A stretch of 64,000 bases of DNA from Elusimicrobiota bacterium. Lineage in GTDB: Bacteria; Elusimicrobiota; Elusimicrobia; F11. This document shows positions 9,587 through 20,122 of this stretch, piece after piece. The DNA lies in contig JBGAON010000001.1 in assembly GCA_044221725.1 (NCBI GenBank), positions 96,001-160,000 on the forward strand, read 5' to 3'. Under the pieces are notes generated by a model. The model was not told where the DNA came from and made no database searches. It was given only the letters and a program-made list of their open reading frames with translations. Every line of letters begins with the position of its first letter. Position 1 is the stretch's first letter. A program made the translations under genes and the position numbers.

Positions 9587-12500
9587 TTAAACCTCCGTCA
9601 TCTCCGCCTCGATGGTGTGTCCAGCGGTCTTGAATAAATCAGTGTAGGGAAACGGAATCTCTTCCAATTTCCAAGCGACGTCGAAGATGTCACGCGTTCG
9701 AAACTTTGGCTCCGGCCAGAAAGTGACCAAGGCGTTCGCCTTGAACGTCTCCTCCAAGACATCCTTCAGTTCCTTAGAAACTTGCTCCACGGTCCAGCGA
9801 CTCATGTACTTGTCGCGGCCCCGGAAAGCCACGATTTTTCCGCCCAATGTCCGGAGCGTCCCAGACTCGACCAGCTCGCGCTTCGGCTCGTATCTGGTGA
9901 AGTTGGGCAACGCGACGAGAAGCCGCCCCGCGTAAATCTCGCCCAGCGTTTTCAATTCGTTCGGAGATTGGCTTGTCTCGATGGCGATGATGATTTGCGC
10001 GGTCAATTTCGGCGGGAACGTGATGATGGCGTCGGTCGTCAGCAATTCTCCAGAGAACACCGTTTCAGGATTGTTGGAGTTCAACTCAGTCAGCGTGATC
10101 GTGACCTTTTTGAAATTGGTGTTTCGAAAGATGATGGTATCGATGACTTCCTCAAAGAAAACCGCCCCCTTCTTGAATCCCAAAGTGAGCGACCACGAAA
10201 TTCCAAACCCTTCGAGTCCCGTGGTGGACACCCATTGGGTGCTGGGATCACCGTCTTTTACATTCGGCACGGTGGATTGGTTCTCCGGTTGCGCCGCGCC
10301 AACGGAAGAGGAAACCGCCACCGCGTCGGGCGTTATGGCGTCCAAGGACAGAATAAGCGGAGTGTCATCGATCAGCGGTTCAATTTCCCAAGAGAGCAAC
10401 AGGATCTCCGGCCCGGGCGATTGAGAAAAAAGACTGAGTTCTACTTCAACGAAGGAGCCGGGAGCCACATCCAAATCCAGTTCGTTTCCAAACACACTCG
10501 GAACAAATTGGCCGGAATCTTTGAAGGAAGCGTTGATGAGGTCCGTCACCGAATCAGCGGATCGTGCTTTAATGCTGATGGGCGCGGGATCGGTTTGGAT
10601 AAGGGTAGATGGAATAACCTTGATCGTTCCCAACCGCGCTCGCGCACCAAGAGAGTCTCGAAACCGGATGAACCCGCTGGAGGCCCCGCTTGTTGGTATA
10701 TCCGTCTCAACGGAATCAAAGAGTTGGGTTGTGCCAGACGGCATGTCGGAGAGATCACTGTCTCCCAACACCAGCCACCGCTGATTGTCGTTGATCTTGA
10801 TGTTAAGCGGCTGGGCGCTGGTGTCAAACCGAATGACCGACTGGTCGTCCTCCGCCTTGATGGTCAACACGCTGGCCACAACAGAGACTTCAAATGTCCA
10901 CAACGTGGACTCTTTTCCGGCCGGGATGACTTGATCTCCGGCCCCAGGCACCCATGTTTGCGTCGTCTGGTTCCACCCCACAAACACGCCGTCGGATCGG
11001 CAGGCCACGATCCCAAACCGATGAGATCCGTCACCTCCCTTGGCTCGACGAATGATGATTGTGTGGTGGGTTGTGGATGTTCCCAAGCCGCCGACTCGGA
11101 TATCATTAGGCACTGGAAGCGTCGCGGCATTAAAAACCGAGAAGACGTTGAATGTCGCACCGTTTTGCATGGCGGATATATCTTCCAGCTTCCACCGCAC
11201 AGTGGCGTTGAAGGCGGCGGGAATAGGCGCGGTCTTGACCAGAATCGCGTCAGCGTCGCCGCCCAAGACGTTCATCCGCAGAAACCCCAGTGAGGAGAAC
11301 ACGTTCGCGTTCCGCTGATAGACCGTCCAATCCGAACCGATCACAAACGCGTCGAACAAGTCTTGGAACACGGGGGACAGCGTCGCCATGCCGTTCACAA
11401 TGGCGATGGACGACGATTTCTCAACCGCACGGCCCCAATCACCGTTGGAGTCGATGATGCGCCGGTAGGTGAGAATGGGTTTAGTTTCTTCTGGTTCGGG
11501 AGTGGGCGTGGATTCAGGGGTGAACTCGAGACTGTAAAGTTCAAGGATCGGTGACGGGCTCGCCTTGGTCAGCAAGACTTTCGTCTCGAAATGTTTCGCC
11601 TGGGGAATATTCAGAATCGCCTTCTCATACAGATTCTGCGGATTACCGGGGTCAAACGATCCCGGCTGGGTGGGCACGACGGAACCAAACGCGGCCGCGT
11701 CAAGTTCCGCGATGGTGTTGCCGGACCGGAATTGCAGTTCCACCTTGTCCCCGACCACGGGGATCTGACGCCGAAACTCAAAATTCTCAAGTTTGGTGTT
11801 GACCCCGAAACTATGCCGAAGACGCAAGAAACCCGTCGGAACTTCGACCGGAGGAGAGTTTAAATTCAGAAAGTCGATGTCGAAGGCGACGCCAAACGAT
11901 GAATTAAAAAGGGATGTCGAACCGATCTCGAAAAAAATATCTCCGCCCAAGTTTCGGAGGTTGGGCGAGACGCTGGTTTCCAACAAGATGTTCGCCAAAT
12001 TGTCCGAGTGGTAGAGAAGATATTTGACTCCGTTTCCCACTCGCGTCACTTTTAGGTTGAAGATGTGCGGATCATTGGCGAGAAAACCGTTTTGGACATT
12101 GATGTTCGGCCACGTACCGGAACCGGACGCGTGAATGGTTCCGCTTCCGTCCACCATACGGGCGTCGTAACTGACGTTGAAATTGTTCTGGGTGTTAAAC
12201 CGAAATTCATGAAGAAGTTTAGCGGTCCGCGCGGCGCCGTCATAAGCTCCTCGCGTTCCTTGCAACATCCCAATCACGAATTGACCGGAATTGAATATGG
12301 GCGCCAAACGCCGGAGCCGGAAGCGAAGCTCCATTTCCCAATTGCCTTGGGCCACGTCGCGGTACATGTGAATGTGCTCGCCGGATCCGCTCGTATTCTG
12401 ATACTCAAAACTCAAAAACCCGCCGCCTTCCGTCGGCTTGACGTTTAAGTCGACGGCGCGGTAAACGCGGAACATGAAATCATGCGGGACAAATTGGAAT

Positions 12501-13123
12501 TCCCATTGGCCCGTGCCGGAATTGAGGAACGAGTTTTTTCCGTCGGGATATGGATTATTATTCAGGTCGTAGTACCAGACGATGTGAGTCCCGGATGTCC
12601 CCAGCGGATTCGTGTAGAAAACAATCGCGAGCTTCTGGTTGGCGGGAAGTGTCGGGAGCGACGGAAAATCAAATCCCGTAAATCCGCTTAAGGGAGCCAC
12701 GCTCGAAAAGGGAACCGTGACCGAGGCGAGCACCGTTCCGTTGGGCCGGTCGTCGGCGTTCGCCATTTGAATTTCAACGATTAAATCCGGAGAGAATGAT
12801 CCAATATTGAACTCATCGATTTTCAGTTCGAGCCGGCTAAGCTGAATCGGAATGGGCAAAATGAACGTCTGGGCGAGTTTGATGCGTGGCGGTGCTACCG
12901 CTAGCGGTTCATCAAATGGAGAGATCGGATCGAACTGTGCGATCAGCGAATTGGAAACATGCCCTTTCCATTCCGGAGCGCGCGTACCGTCATTAAAATT
13001 GTCGGCAAGAATAAGCGGCGTTGCGCCAGAAGAAAGGACGCAGCCAGCGTTATCGGTATTGATACCGACATTCTCAACCGCCTGGTCCCATTCCGCTTTC
13101 GTGTCAAAAGTTAGCTTCGGCAT
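9587..13123 (-). CDS. Large tail protein with lectin-like beta-sandwich inserts and possible distal-tail-like C-terminus
   Basis: Start reassigned to MPKLTF (ATG 13123, 1 nt after upstream stop); two repeated modules; position after tail hub gene. Confidence 0.7.
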   Translation of the reverse strand: MPKLTFDTKAEWDQAVENVGINTDNAGCVLSSGATPLILADNFNDGTRAPEWKGHVSNSLIAQFDPISPFDEPLAVAPPRIKLAQTFILPIPIQLSRLELKIDEFNIGSFSPDLIVEIQMANADDRPNGTVLASVTVPFSSVAPLSGFTGFDFPSLPTLPANQKLAIVFYTNPLGTSGTHIVWYYDLNNNPYPDGKNSFLNSGTGQWEFQFVPHDFMFRVYRAVDLNVKPTEGGGFLSFEYQNTSGSGEHIHMYRDVAQGNWEMELRFRLRRLAPIFNSGQFVIGMLQGTRGAYDGAARTAKLLHEFRFNTQNNFNVSYDARMVDGSGTIHASGSGTWPNINVQNGFLANDPHIFNLKVTRVGNGVKYLLYHSDNLANILLETSVSPNLRNLGGDIFFEIGSTSLFNSSFGVAFDIDFLNLNSPPVEVPTGFLRLRHSFGVNTKLENFEFRRQIPVVGDKVELQFRSGNTIAELDAAAFGSVVPTQPGSFDPGNPQNLYEKAILNIPQAKHFETKVLLTKASPSPILELYSLEFTPESTPTPEPEETKPILTYRRIIDSNGDWGRAVEKSSSIAIVNGMATLSPVFQDLFDAFVIGSDWTVYQRNANVFSSLGFLRMNVLGGDADAILVKTAPIPAAFNATVRWKLEDISAMQNGATFNVFSVFNAATLPVPNDIRVGGLGTSTTHHTIIIRRAKGGDGSHRFGIVACRSDGVFVGWNQTTQTWVPGAGDQVIPAGKESTLWTFEVSVVASVLTIKAEDDQSVIRFDTSAQPLNIKINDNQRWLVLGDSDLSDMPSGTTQLFDSVETDIPTSGASSGFIRFRDSLGARARLGTIKVIPSTLIQTDPAPISIKARSADSVTDLINASFKDSGQFVPSVFGNELDLDVAPGSFVEVELSLFSQSPGPEILLLSWEIEPLIDDTPLILSLDAITPDAVAVSSSVGAAQPENQSTVPNVKDGDPSTQWVSTTGLEGFGISWSLTLGFKKGAVFFEEVIDTIIFRNTNFKKVTITLTELNSNNPETVFSGELLTTDAIITFPPKLTAQIIIAIETSQSPNELKTLGEIYAGRLLVALPNFTRYEPKRELVESGTLRTLGGKIVAFRGRDKYMSRWTVEQVSKELKDVLEETFKANALVTFWPEPKFRTRDIFDVAWKLEEIPFPYTDLFKTAGHTIEAEMTEV

Positions 13124-13124
13124 G

Positions 13125-15869
13125 TCAGGCAACACCAACCAGATCAAGTTCAGTCCGCATGTCCATGAGCGAATGGGCGATACCGATAATTCGAGCATCG
13201 AACGGCTGAATGATGAGCCGAGGCGATGTGATGTTGAGGGTCACACGATCACCCAATTCAAGTTCTGGCAGAAATCTGGCGACGACCGTCGCCCGACGAT
13301 TGGGAAGATGGTATCGGGTGAAGTACCGTTTCGCCATGACCGTGGCAAGATCCACGTCAGTTTGAAAAACAAGGTTTCCTCCACCGACAGGAAGCGCCCT
13401 TACTCCAAACCGGTCCATGCTTGTCGGCGAGGCTTCGCCTTCTGTCTCCGAATCAATCTCTTTGGTGAAACTCCCAAAGGACGCGCGGATTTTGTTGTAG
13501 ACGCGATCCCAGCCTGGGGTGGCATTCGCCACCTTTTCAACGTTGGTGTCATCGAGGACAAGGACAGAAGTCGCGGTAATGGTCTTGTTTCGAAAAAAGA
13601 AAGCCCCATCGCCGTCCAAGCCGATTTCATAGTCGGCGATCTTGGCGAGTTCCTTGATCACGTCCAGGATCGATTGCGTTCCGAAGTTCGCCATCGAAAC
13701 TAGGACGCTTCGCGTCTTGAAGTTGATGAGACTTTCCCGTTGGATGGGGGCATTCGCACCGGCGGTGGAGAAAAGGCTTATGAAGATCAGCTTTTCTGTG
13801 CGAACAGCAAAATTATTGAAGGCGTATTCATCGGTCTGGATGGAGTTGCTGGGACCGAGCGCTTGGTAATAACTGAACCCCGATGGTGAGCTCGCCACCG
13901 CCGCCGTGAATCTTTGAATCTGCCCATCATTGGGGACGAATGACCCCTTCCAAGTGTCCCATGAGACCATGCCCGATCCAGCATCGATCACGTTTGATGC
14001 GGCGAGCGCCGGTAGGAACAACCTCTTCACCGCGACCAAATCCGGATCTTCGGTGGCGGTGATTTGAATTTTGAATTTGACGTAACGAGGGAATGTCACA
14101 TTCGTAAAGGCACCCAAATTGGAGCCGTTGGCGACGGATTGCTCAGGCGTGTAACTGCTCCCGTTGGCGCTCCATGAAAAGAAATATTGGAACGTGGACA
14201 CTACGCCTTGGATCTCAGAGAAGAACGCGCCCAACGTTGTTATCAGGGAGAAACTCGTGAGTCCGGCGAGATGAACACCGTAATCGATCACCTTTTCCCA
14301 AGTGCCGATGGGCAACGCCGCTGTCGAGCCGTTGTATCGGAGGTAATCCAATTGAAAATTGGTTTGGGTGAAGGCGAGAGCGTGAAGATAGACGCCCACC
14401 GAGGCTCCCGCTGGCGCAGTCCCTAGAGCGCCTGAGGCAGTCGAAACTCCATCAACGAACAATTGCCACGTGCTCGTCGACATATTCATTTGTAGTCGGA
14501 GGTTTCGGAAGTTCGTGAGGTCAGCGGCGTACGGCCCGAAAGTGGTTCCGCCGGATTGAACCCGGACTTGGTTTGTGCTTTGGATGAGGATCTGCGCCCC
14601 TTTGGAGTTTGAAAGCGCGAACGATCCAATTTCGATCTGCCCGTTAATCTGCGTGACCTTGATCCGAACCGCCACGCAGCGTGAAAGACCGCTTCCATCC
14701 TCTTTGAGATTTTCAATGCGATAAAAACTTGTCGGGGCGCTCACCGATAAAATCCCATTGGCAACTGACCGCGTGACGCCCGCGCCGTCGTTCAAATCCT
14801 CAATCCAGGGATCATTCGACCCCTCTCCAACTTTTTCTTTCTCTTCTTCGGGAAGGAATAGTCCCTCGTACTGGGAAGTCCACTTGGGAGTAATAGAATT
14901 GGAAATGCGATCAAAATTAAGACCCGAATGGGTCGCCGCCTGCCATTTTGATTTGGTGTCGAAGGCATCGATGGTGAGGAGGCCATCGTTCTGCGGCGGA
15001 GATTCTTCCGTTGTCACTTTTGACTGTCGCAACTCGTACAAATTGAAATCGCCTTGAAGCGTGTGGAGAATTTCCCGTTCCACCGGTGGATCGAAAACCA
15101 CCGGTTCCACAACGCCAACTGGCACCTGCGGCACGGTCGCTAGAAGTTGGTTCACCACTTGATGAATTTCTTGATCCCGCTTCCAGACAATGTAGTCGGC
15201 CCGCACATCCTGTCCGGGTCCCGGTTGGGCGGAGATGAAGGTAACCTTGCCGGGCTGGAGCGGATCGTTGAGGTTGGACAAGGAATATCGAAGGCCGGGC
15301 CGGAGCGTCTCGCCGCCCACTCGAATCTCTTTGATTGCCCCAACGGGATACTGCGAGGTCAAAAACTCCGAGGTGACTCCGTCACCGACGCCCAATAATT
15401 CGTTCGTGACCAGAATGCCCGCCGCCTCTCCTGATTGTGTGCGAAGCAAAGCATCGATGCTCTCGACATCAAGCTGAATTGTCGGCGTTGATGAATCTTC
15501 ATTCACATCCTCAATCACACCTGTGAAAGCTGGAAAAGATTCTTCGAGTCCGTTCACCTTCAAGCCGAGCGTGATGCGAATACGAGAGCGGTAAACTAGA
15601 AATCCAGAAAAACGGGACGAAGTCCCATCCCAAAGTCTTTCAGAATTATCGACCTCGATACGGATATTCGAAGCCTTAAATTCATTGAGCGCGTCGGTAT
15701 CCAATTTCCAGGAAAGCCGGTCGAGCCGAACCACTTCCGTCGTAATGTCGATGGGCGTAACTTCCCATCCATTTCCAGAGGCCAATCGACGGAACAATTC
15801 AATTTTTCTCACTGGATAAATGAGGTTTGATTTCTGGATCGCTCTGTAGTCGGCAGAAACGATCTTCAC
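13125..15869 (-). CDS. Tail tip/baseplate hub (Tal-like) protein with internal inserted domains
   Basis: Follows tape measure; N-terminal IEVDNS..FTGVIEDV and C-terminal LDVIKELA..DGDGAFFFR..PELELGDRV hub-type motifs. Confidence 0.7.
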   Translation of the reverse strand: MKIVSADYRAIQKSNLIYPVRKIELFRRLASGNGWEVTPIDITTEVVRLDRLSWKLDTDALNEFKASNIRIEVDNSERLWDGTSSRFSGFLVYRSRIRITLGLKVNGLEESFPAFTGVIEDVNEDSSTPTIQLDVESIDALLRTQSGEAAGILVTNELLGVGDGVTSEFLTSQYPVGAIKEIRVGGETLRPGLRYSLSNLNDPLQPGKVTFISAQPGPGQDVRADYIVWKRDQEIHQVVNQLLATVPQVPVGVVEPVVFDPPVEREILHTLQGDFNLYELRQSKVTTEESPPQNDGLLTIDAFDTKSKWQAATHSGLNFDRISNSITPKWTSQYEGLFLPEEEKEKVGEGSNDPWIEDLNDGAGVTRSVANGILSVSAPTSFYRIENLKEDGSGLSRCVAVRIKVTQINGQIEIGSFALSNSKGAQILIQSTNQVRVQSGGTTFGPYAADLTNFRNLRLQMNMSTSTWQLFVDGVSTASGALGTAPAGASVGVYLHALAFTQTNFQLDYLRYNGSTAALPIGTWEKVIDYGVHLAGLTSFSLITTLGAFFSEIQGVVSTFQYFFSWSANGSSYTPEQSVANGSNLGAFTNVTFPRYVKFKIQITATEDPDLVAVKRLFLPALAASNVIDAGSGMVSWDTWKGSFVPNDGQIQRFTAAVASSPSGFSYYQALGPSNSIQTDEYAFNNFAVRTEKLIFISLFSTAGANAPIQRESLINFKTRSVLVSMANFGTQSILDVIKELAKIADYEIGLDGDGAFFFRNKTITATSVLVLDDTNVEKVANATPGWDRVYNKIRASFGSFTKEIDSETEGEASPTSMDRFGVRALPVGGGNLVFQTDVDLATVMAKRYFTRYHLPNRRATVVARFLPELELGDRVTLNITSPRLIIQPFDARIIGIAHSLMDMRTELDLVGVA

Positions 15870-17785
15870 ACCGCCTCCCGCGCGAATCGATCTTGTTTGG
15901 AGAGAATCGATTTGACCAGCTCTGCGCCCTCAGCTGCTCCTGACCGCGTGGCCTCGGAGATTCTCCGCATGAGCGTTCGCACCTGCTCATCGCTCGATCC
16001 TTGAACCGTGATGGTGTTGTTCTGCGTGACGGTGACATTCACATTGCCACCGAAATTGCCGAGCCGCTCCAACGGGATCACCGCCTCCGGTCCAGCCTCG
16101 CCTACTTGAGCGAATGTCGGACGACGGACAACGCCGCCTTCCGCCAGTTTGATTCCCTTGAAAGCGCCTCCACCAATCGCGCCCACCGCGAATATTCCAC
16201 CAAGCACTCCAAGTCCACCGGTGGATCCGCGTAAGATGGCGGCCTCGATGGCGATGCGCGTAAATGTTTCGATGGCTGTCCGAAGTACGGATTTGAAAAC
16301 AGAATCAAACACCGCCTGCATGTTCTTTCCTTCAAGAATCACATCCGCCATCGCATCACCCACGGAATTGGCGAAGGTGCTGGCGACAGACTTTGCACCT
16401 TCCTCCAGCGCCTTCATGTCCTCATCCAATGATTCGCGGGCTTCTTTGGATTTGAGTTTGGCGATCTCGACCGCGTTGATCCGCGCTTGCGTCAGCGCTT
16501 CCTCCGTCAAAATTCCTTTGGCGGCGATTTCATCCAACTGGCGAAGCCTCTGTTCTTTTTCCAACTCAATCATTTCGAGTTTGGACTCCAGCTTTTCGCC
16601 TTCGAGTTCAAGACGCTCGGAATCCAAACGGGTGAGCGTATCGTGGGCATCTTGCGCGGCTTTCTTTTTTTCCTCGGCTTCCTTGCGCGACTCCTCAACG
16701 GATTTCTGTGTGATGCCGGTTTTGATCCGTTGCTCGTCTTGAGCGATTAACTGACGTTCTTTGGAATATCGCTTGTCGATCTCAGCGGCTTGCTCGGCGG
16801 AGGTTTCTTCAATGGCGGCGAACTCGGCCGCAAACCGCTTATGCCGTTCCTGCGCTCCATCAAAATTGAGCGTGAACACTTCTTTGATGAACTCGGCGAA
16901 ATCTTTGACGTTGAGCCTCGCATGAGCCGCCCAATTGGCGATCACAACGCCCAGGATTTCAAAGAACTGCGTAACCTTGGTTAACGCGCCGAGCAGAAAA
17001 TTAAACGCGGGCAGAACGCCCGCTCCAACCGTCTCTTTGAAGTTACCCAGTTCATTCCGAGAGATAGCCAGTTGCTTGGCGTAGCCTTCCTGGGTTTCCG
17101 CCGCCCCCAAAAATCTCCGGGACAAAACATCCACCACTTCCTGCGCGGTGTTGGCGTTTCCGATGAAAGCGCCGAATTCATTTTTCAATGCGCGGAGGCG
17201 GGTCGCGTCTCCCTGTAGAATGGGACTCAATAAATCGAGGATGCCGCCCAGATCACGGCCGGAAGCGGAGGCGAGTCCAAACGCGAGGCGCGTCGCTTGC
17301 ATCGCCTGTCCCACATCGCCGGTGATCCGTACAAGCCGGCCCATCGCCTCGAAGGTTTGGGTATCGGAGAATTGAGTGAACGCCTGTTGCTGATTGGCGA
17401 AAGCAAGAATGGCCTCTTTGGATTGTTTGAAGGAACCGCCGGTGGCATCGACAGCAAACGCTAGCCTTCGGAGAGCCTCCTCTTCTTCAAGAGCCGCCTC
17501 GGCGGAAGATTTGAAGAAAGTGGTAAGTCCCGCCACCGACGCGATGCCGAGGAGACTGGTCGCCAACTGACTCGTCGCGTCTTTCACCGATTCGATGGAC
17601 TGCTTTGTCTCTTTTCCGCCGCTGGATATTTTCTTGAGGCCGGTATCGATCCGGTTGGAGGAGTCGAAGATTTCTTTGGCGAAGCGGTCGGAATTTTTCG
17701 CCGCCTCCACCATCATCTGGGATAGTTTCTGGATCGTTGGCGAGGCTTGATCAATGGCCTCGAATTGGATTTGAAGGCCGGGCAT
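15866..17785 (-). CDS. Tail tape measure protein
   Basis: Ala-rich helical 639 aa, N-terminal AIDQASPTI, C-terminal LAEGGVV..VGEAGPEAVIPL. Confidence 0.9.
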   Translation of the reverse strand: MPGLQIQFEAIDQASPTIQKLSQMMVEAAKNSDRFAKEIFDSSNRIDTGLKKISSGGKETKQSIESVKDATSQLATSLLGIASVAGLTTFFKSSAEAALEEEEALRRLAFAVDATGGSFKQSKEAILAFANQQQAFTQFSDTQTFEAMGRLVRITGDVGQAMQATRLAFGLASASGRDLGGILDLLSPILQGDATRLRALKNEFGAFIGNANTAQEVVDVLSRRFLGAAETQEGYAKQLAISRNELGNFKETVGAGVLPAFNFLLGALTKVTQFFEILGVVIANWAAHARLNVKDFAEFIKEVFTLNFDGAQERHKRFAAEFAAIEETSAEQAAEIDKRYSKERQLIAQDEQRIKTGITQKSVEESRKEAEEKKKAAQDAHDTLTRLDSERLELEGEKLESKLEMIELEKEQRLRQLDEIAAKGILTEEALTQARINAVEIAKLKSKEARESLDEDMKALEEGAKSVASTFANSVGDAMADVILEGKNMQAVFDSVFKSVLRTAIETFTRIAIEAAILRGSTGGLGVLGGIFAVGAIGGGAFKGIKLAEGGVVRRPTFAQVGEAGPEAVIPLERLGNFGGNVNVTVTQNNTITVQGSSDEQVRTLMRRISEATRSGAAEGAELVKSILSKQDRFAREAV

Positions 17786-17789
17786 GAGG

Positions 17790-18167
17790 TTAGCCCTCCT
17801 TCGTTATTTCCGGCGGTTCGAGGGAGAAATTAACGATTTCGATGAAGAGTCCGGCGGCAAGTTCATGATGCGCGAGAATATGATCAACGCACACCGCGTT
17901 CTCATCGTCTTGAAAGGCCAATTTCGGCGAGGCCACGCCGGACAAGAGAACCCTTTTCATACGCGGCAAAGTGGGGTTCGCGATCAAGTCTTTGATCCGG
18001 CCCGACAGGGCTTCCTTGTCTCGCCGAGCCAAAGCCCACAAATCCTCGTTCTCATCAGCCAAAAGAAGGAGCGGAGCCCTGCGGATTCGAAAATTCGCTT
18101 CGCAAACGCGAACCGTTTTCTCTTTTTTCAGCCTGTTTTTCAGTTCCTCGACGGTAATCGGTTCCAT
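17790..18167 (-). CDS. Putative tail assembly chaperone
   Basis: Position between tail tube and tape measure genes. Confidence 0.6.
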   Translation of the reverse strand: MEPITVEELKNRLKKEKTVRVCEANFRIRRAPLLLLADENEDLWALARRDKEALSGRIKDLIANPTLPRMKRVLLSGVASPKLAFQDDENAVCVDHILAHHELAAGLFIEIVNFSLEPPEITKEG

Positions 18168-18177
18168 GTTTCTCCTA

Positions 18178-19140
18178 TTAATAGGAAGGGACCGCGTTGG
18201 TCAGGATGGCCTGAAGGCTGTATCCAGCCGTAATATTGTAGTGGGCTTCGAAAGTCACCGCCGCACCCAACAGGTCGTCGAGATTCCCAAACGGAAATGC
18301 TGTGTATCGGGCTTCGGGAATCACAAATTCGAGCTGGTTTTTGAAGGCGTCTTCAATGATGTCGCCGGTCAGAATAATGTTAAGCGCGGCCAAACTTGCG
18401 TCCAAAAACTTCTGCCTCTGCGTCTCGGACTCAAAATAAATCTCGAACCCGCCATCGATCACAAACCGCCCTGGGGAGACGATATCTTTGACATCTCGCG
18501 ATTGATTGAGCGTTCTGAGCGCCGCCGATGCGTTGTCGATATTGAGCGTCCAGCTCTTTACGTTCACATCTGATACGCCATCGATCTTGAATTCAGTTTG
18601 AAAAAACATGAGAGGCTTCGGCGAACCATAACTTGGAGTAAAAGCCGAAGCCGCTTCCTCGGTTTTGAAAAGAAGATCGGCATTGACCAATCCTTTTCCA
18701 TCAACCGCGCCGGACAAGGCCAGCTTCTTTATGACCGTGAGCGGATAGCGTTTTTTCGATAGACCTCGATCAACAAAGAATGTGAACGAAGGCATGGCGA
18801 TACCGTTTAATCGGGAAAACGTGTGGCGATACACCGTTGGCGAGTTGGGCGCGTCCGGCTGAACCGTGGCGACTGATCCCAAACATCCAAAGAGAAGATC
18901 TCCCATCGTGGAGGCTTCCGCGTCAATCGTGGCGAGGGTTCCCGTTCCTTCTTTGATTCCTGGAGCGGATGGAAACCGGTCTTTGAATCCCCGGATCCGG
19001 TCGTCGGGAATGAGAACGGAGGAATAATTCAGCTCGCTATCCGATCCAACAGCAAGATATTTCGCGGGGGCCGTTTCCGCGACTCCTCTGCTGGCTTCCT
19101 TTTTAAATCCAAAGCTTTTCCTTTCTGTTGCGAATGGCAT
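18178..19140 (-). CDS. Major tail tube protein
   Basis: 320 aa, GFKKE..G, VYRHTF, PSFTF, SWTLNIDN; strong RBS; no sheath gene. Confidence 0.8.
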   Translation of the reverse strand: MPFATERKSFGFKKEASRGVAETAPAKYLAVGSDSELNYSSVLIPDDRIRGFKDRFPSAPGIKEGTGTLATIDAEASTMGDLLFGCLGSVATVQPDAPNSPTVYRHTFSRLNGIAMPSFTFFVDRGLSKKRYPLTVIKKLALSGAVDGKGLVNADLLFKTEEAASAFTPSYGSPKPLMFFQTEFKIDGVSDVNVKSWTLNIDNASAALRTLNQSRDVKDIVSPGRFVIDGGFEIYFESETQRQKFLDASLAALNIILTGDIIEDAFKNQLEFVIPEARYTAFPFGNLDDLLGAAVTFEAHYNITAGYSLQAILTNAVPSY

Positions 19141-19160
19141 AATTCAATTCCTCCTCAAAA

Positions 19161-19649
19161 TTATTTGCGGCTACTTGTCTCGACGGTAAACACCAAAGCC
19201 GCCGCCGTCATATCGGCATTCACCGATGCCACCAAGTTATCCTCCGTCGGCTCCCACTCAATGGACTTGAGTGTGCTGAAAAGAATCTGGCCGTTTGATA
19301 ACGAGATCCCGCCCAAGTCCACGTTGTCGATCAACAACTCCGCGATCTTTTGAGTCCGGACCGTCTTCTCACGAATGATCTCTTCGTTCGGGGTAAACGC
19401 GCTCACAAACACGATCCGGAAGTTGTAGACGATCCGGTAGGTCTGTCCCGTCGTGATCCGCTCCAAATTCGTGGACGGCGACGGTTTCACGAACACAGCG
19501 GGCACGTTGTCCGCCAATTGTTCCAGAGCCGGAAAAAACTCTAATGCGCCAACCGTGATGATTTTCAAATTCAAATCGGCCGACAGGCCGTTGATCAGTT
19601 CGACAATTCGGTCGGCGATGACCGTTTCATGAAGTCGGGGTGAAGGCAT
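19161..19649 (-). CDS. Putative tail terminator/completion protein
   Basis: Position before tail tube; PAVFV motif, size. Confidence 0.6.
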   Translation of the reverse strand: MPSPRLHETVIADRIVELINGLSADLNLKIITVGALEFFPALEQLADNVPAVFVKPSPSTNLERITTGQTYRIVYNFRIVFVSAFTPNEEIIREKTVRTQKIAELLIDNVDLGGISLSNGQILFSTLKSIEWEPTEDNLVASVNADMTAAALVFTVETSSRK

Positions 19650-20122
19650 TAGCCGCCCGCCTCCGCAATCGCCTCAAGAATCCGTCCCGTAAAAATCAGT
19701 TGAACTCTTGGTCCCGCTTCTTCGAGCGCGGGGGTGAGATACGGTTGCGCTCTGAATCCACGCTTACGAATGGATTCCGCCACGCCATATCCCGCGTGTT
19801 CATCGCCCAACCGCCTGCGCGCCCACACTTTGAGCGCGTCAATGTTGGGACGCCACCCTTGCTCGCGCCCAAACTCCATCACCTTGGCGTAGGGTAAAGC
19901 CGAACCCACGGTTCCGATGATCCGGTCGCCTTCAACCGCCACCGATTGCACGATGGAGGCTCGAAGCAGTCCTCGCCACACCGGCGCGTTTCGTTTCGCC
20001 AAACTCTGAATGATGATGGCTGTGTCCCGCATCCCTTTCAGAAACGCCAGTTTCATTCGGTTCGGAATGAGTTCCATGATCTTCAAAACTTCCTCGCTCC
20101 CTTTAACCGTCACCCGGATCAT
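19649..20122 (-). CDS. HK97 gp10-like tail completion protein
   Basis: AKRNAPV..GLLRASI, YAKVMEFG, AQPYLTPA. Confidence 0.85.
   Translation of the reverse strand: MIRVTVKGSEEVLKIMELIPNRMKLAFLKGMRDTAIIIQSLAKRNAPVWRGLLRASIVQSVAVEGDRIIGTVGSALPYAKVMEFGREQGWRPNIDALKVWARRRLGDEHAGYGVAESIRKRGFRAQPYLTPALEEAGPRVQLIFTGRILEAIAEAGG

Noticed and set aside
9782..11293. Long plus-strand ORFs (also 30153-31301, 40881-42068 and others)
   Set aside because: Antisense shadows of well-supported minus-strand genes, with no motifs or RBS
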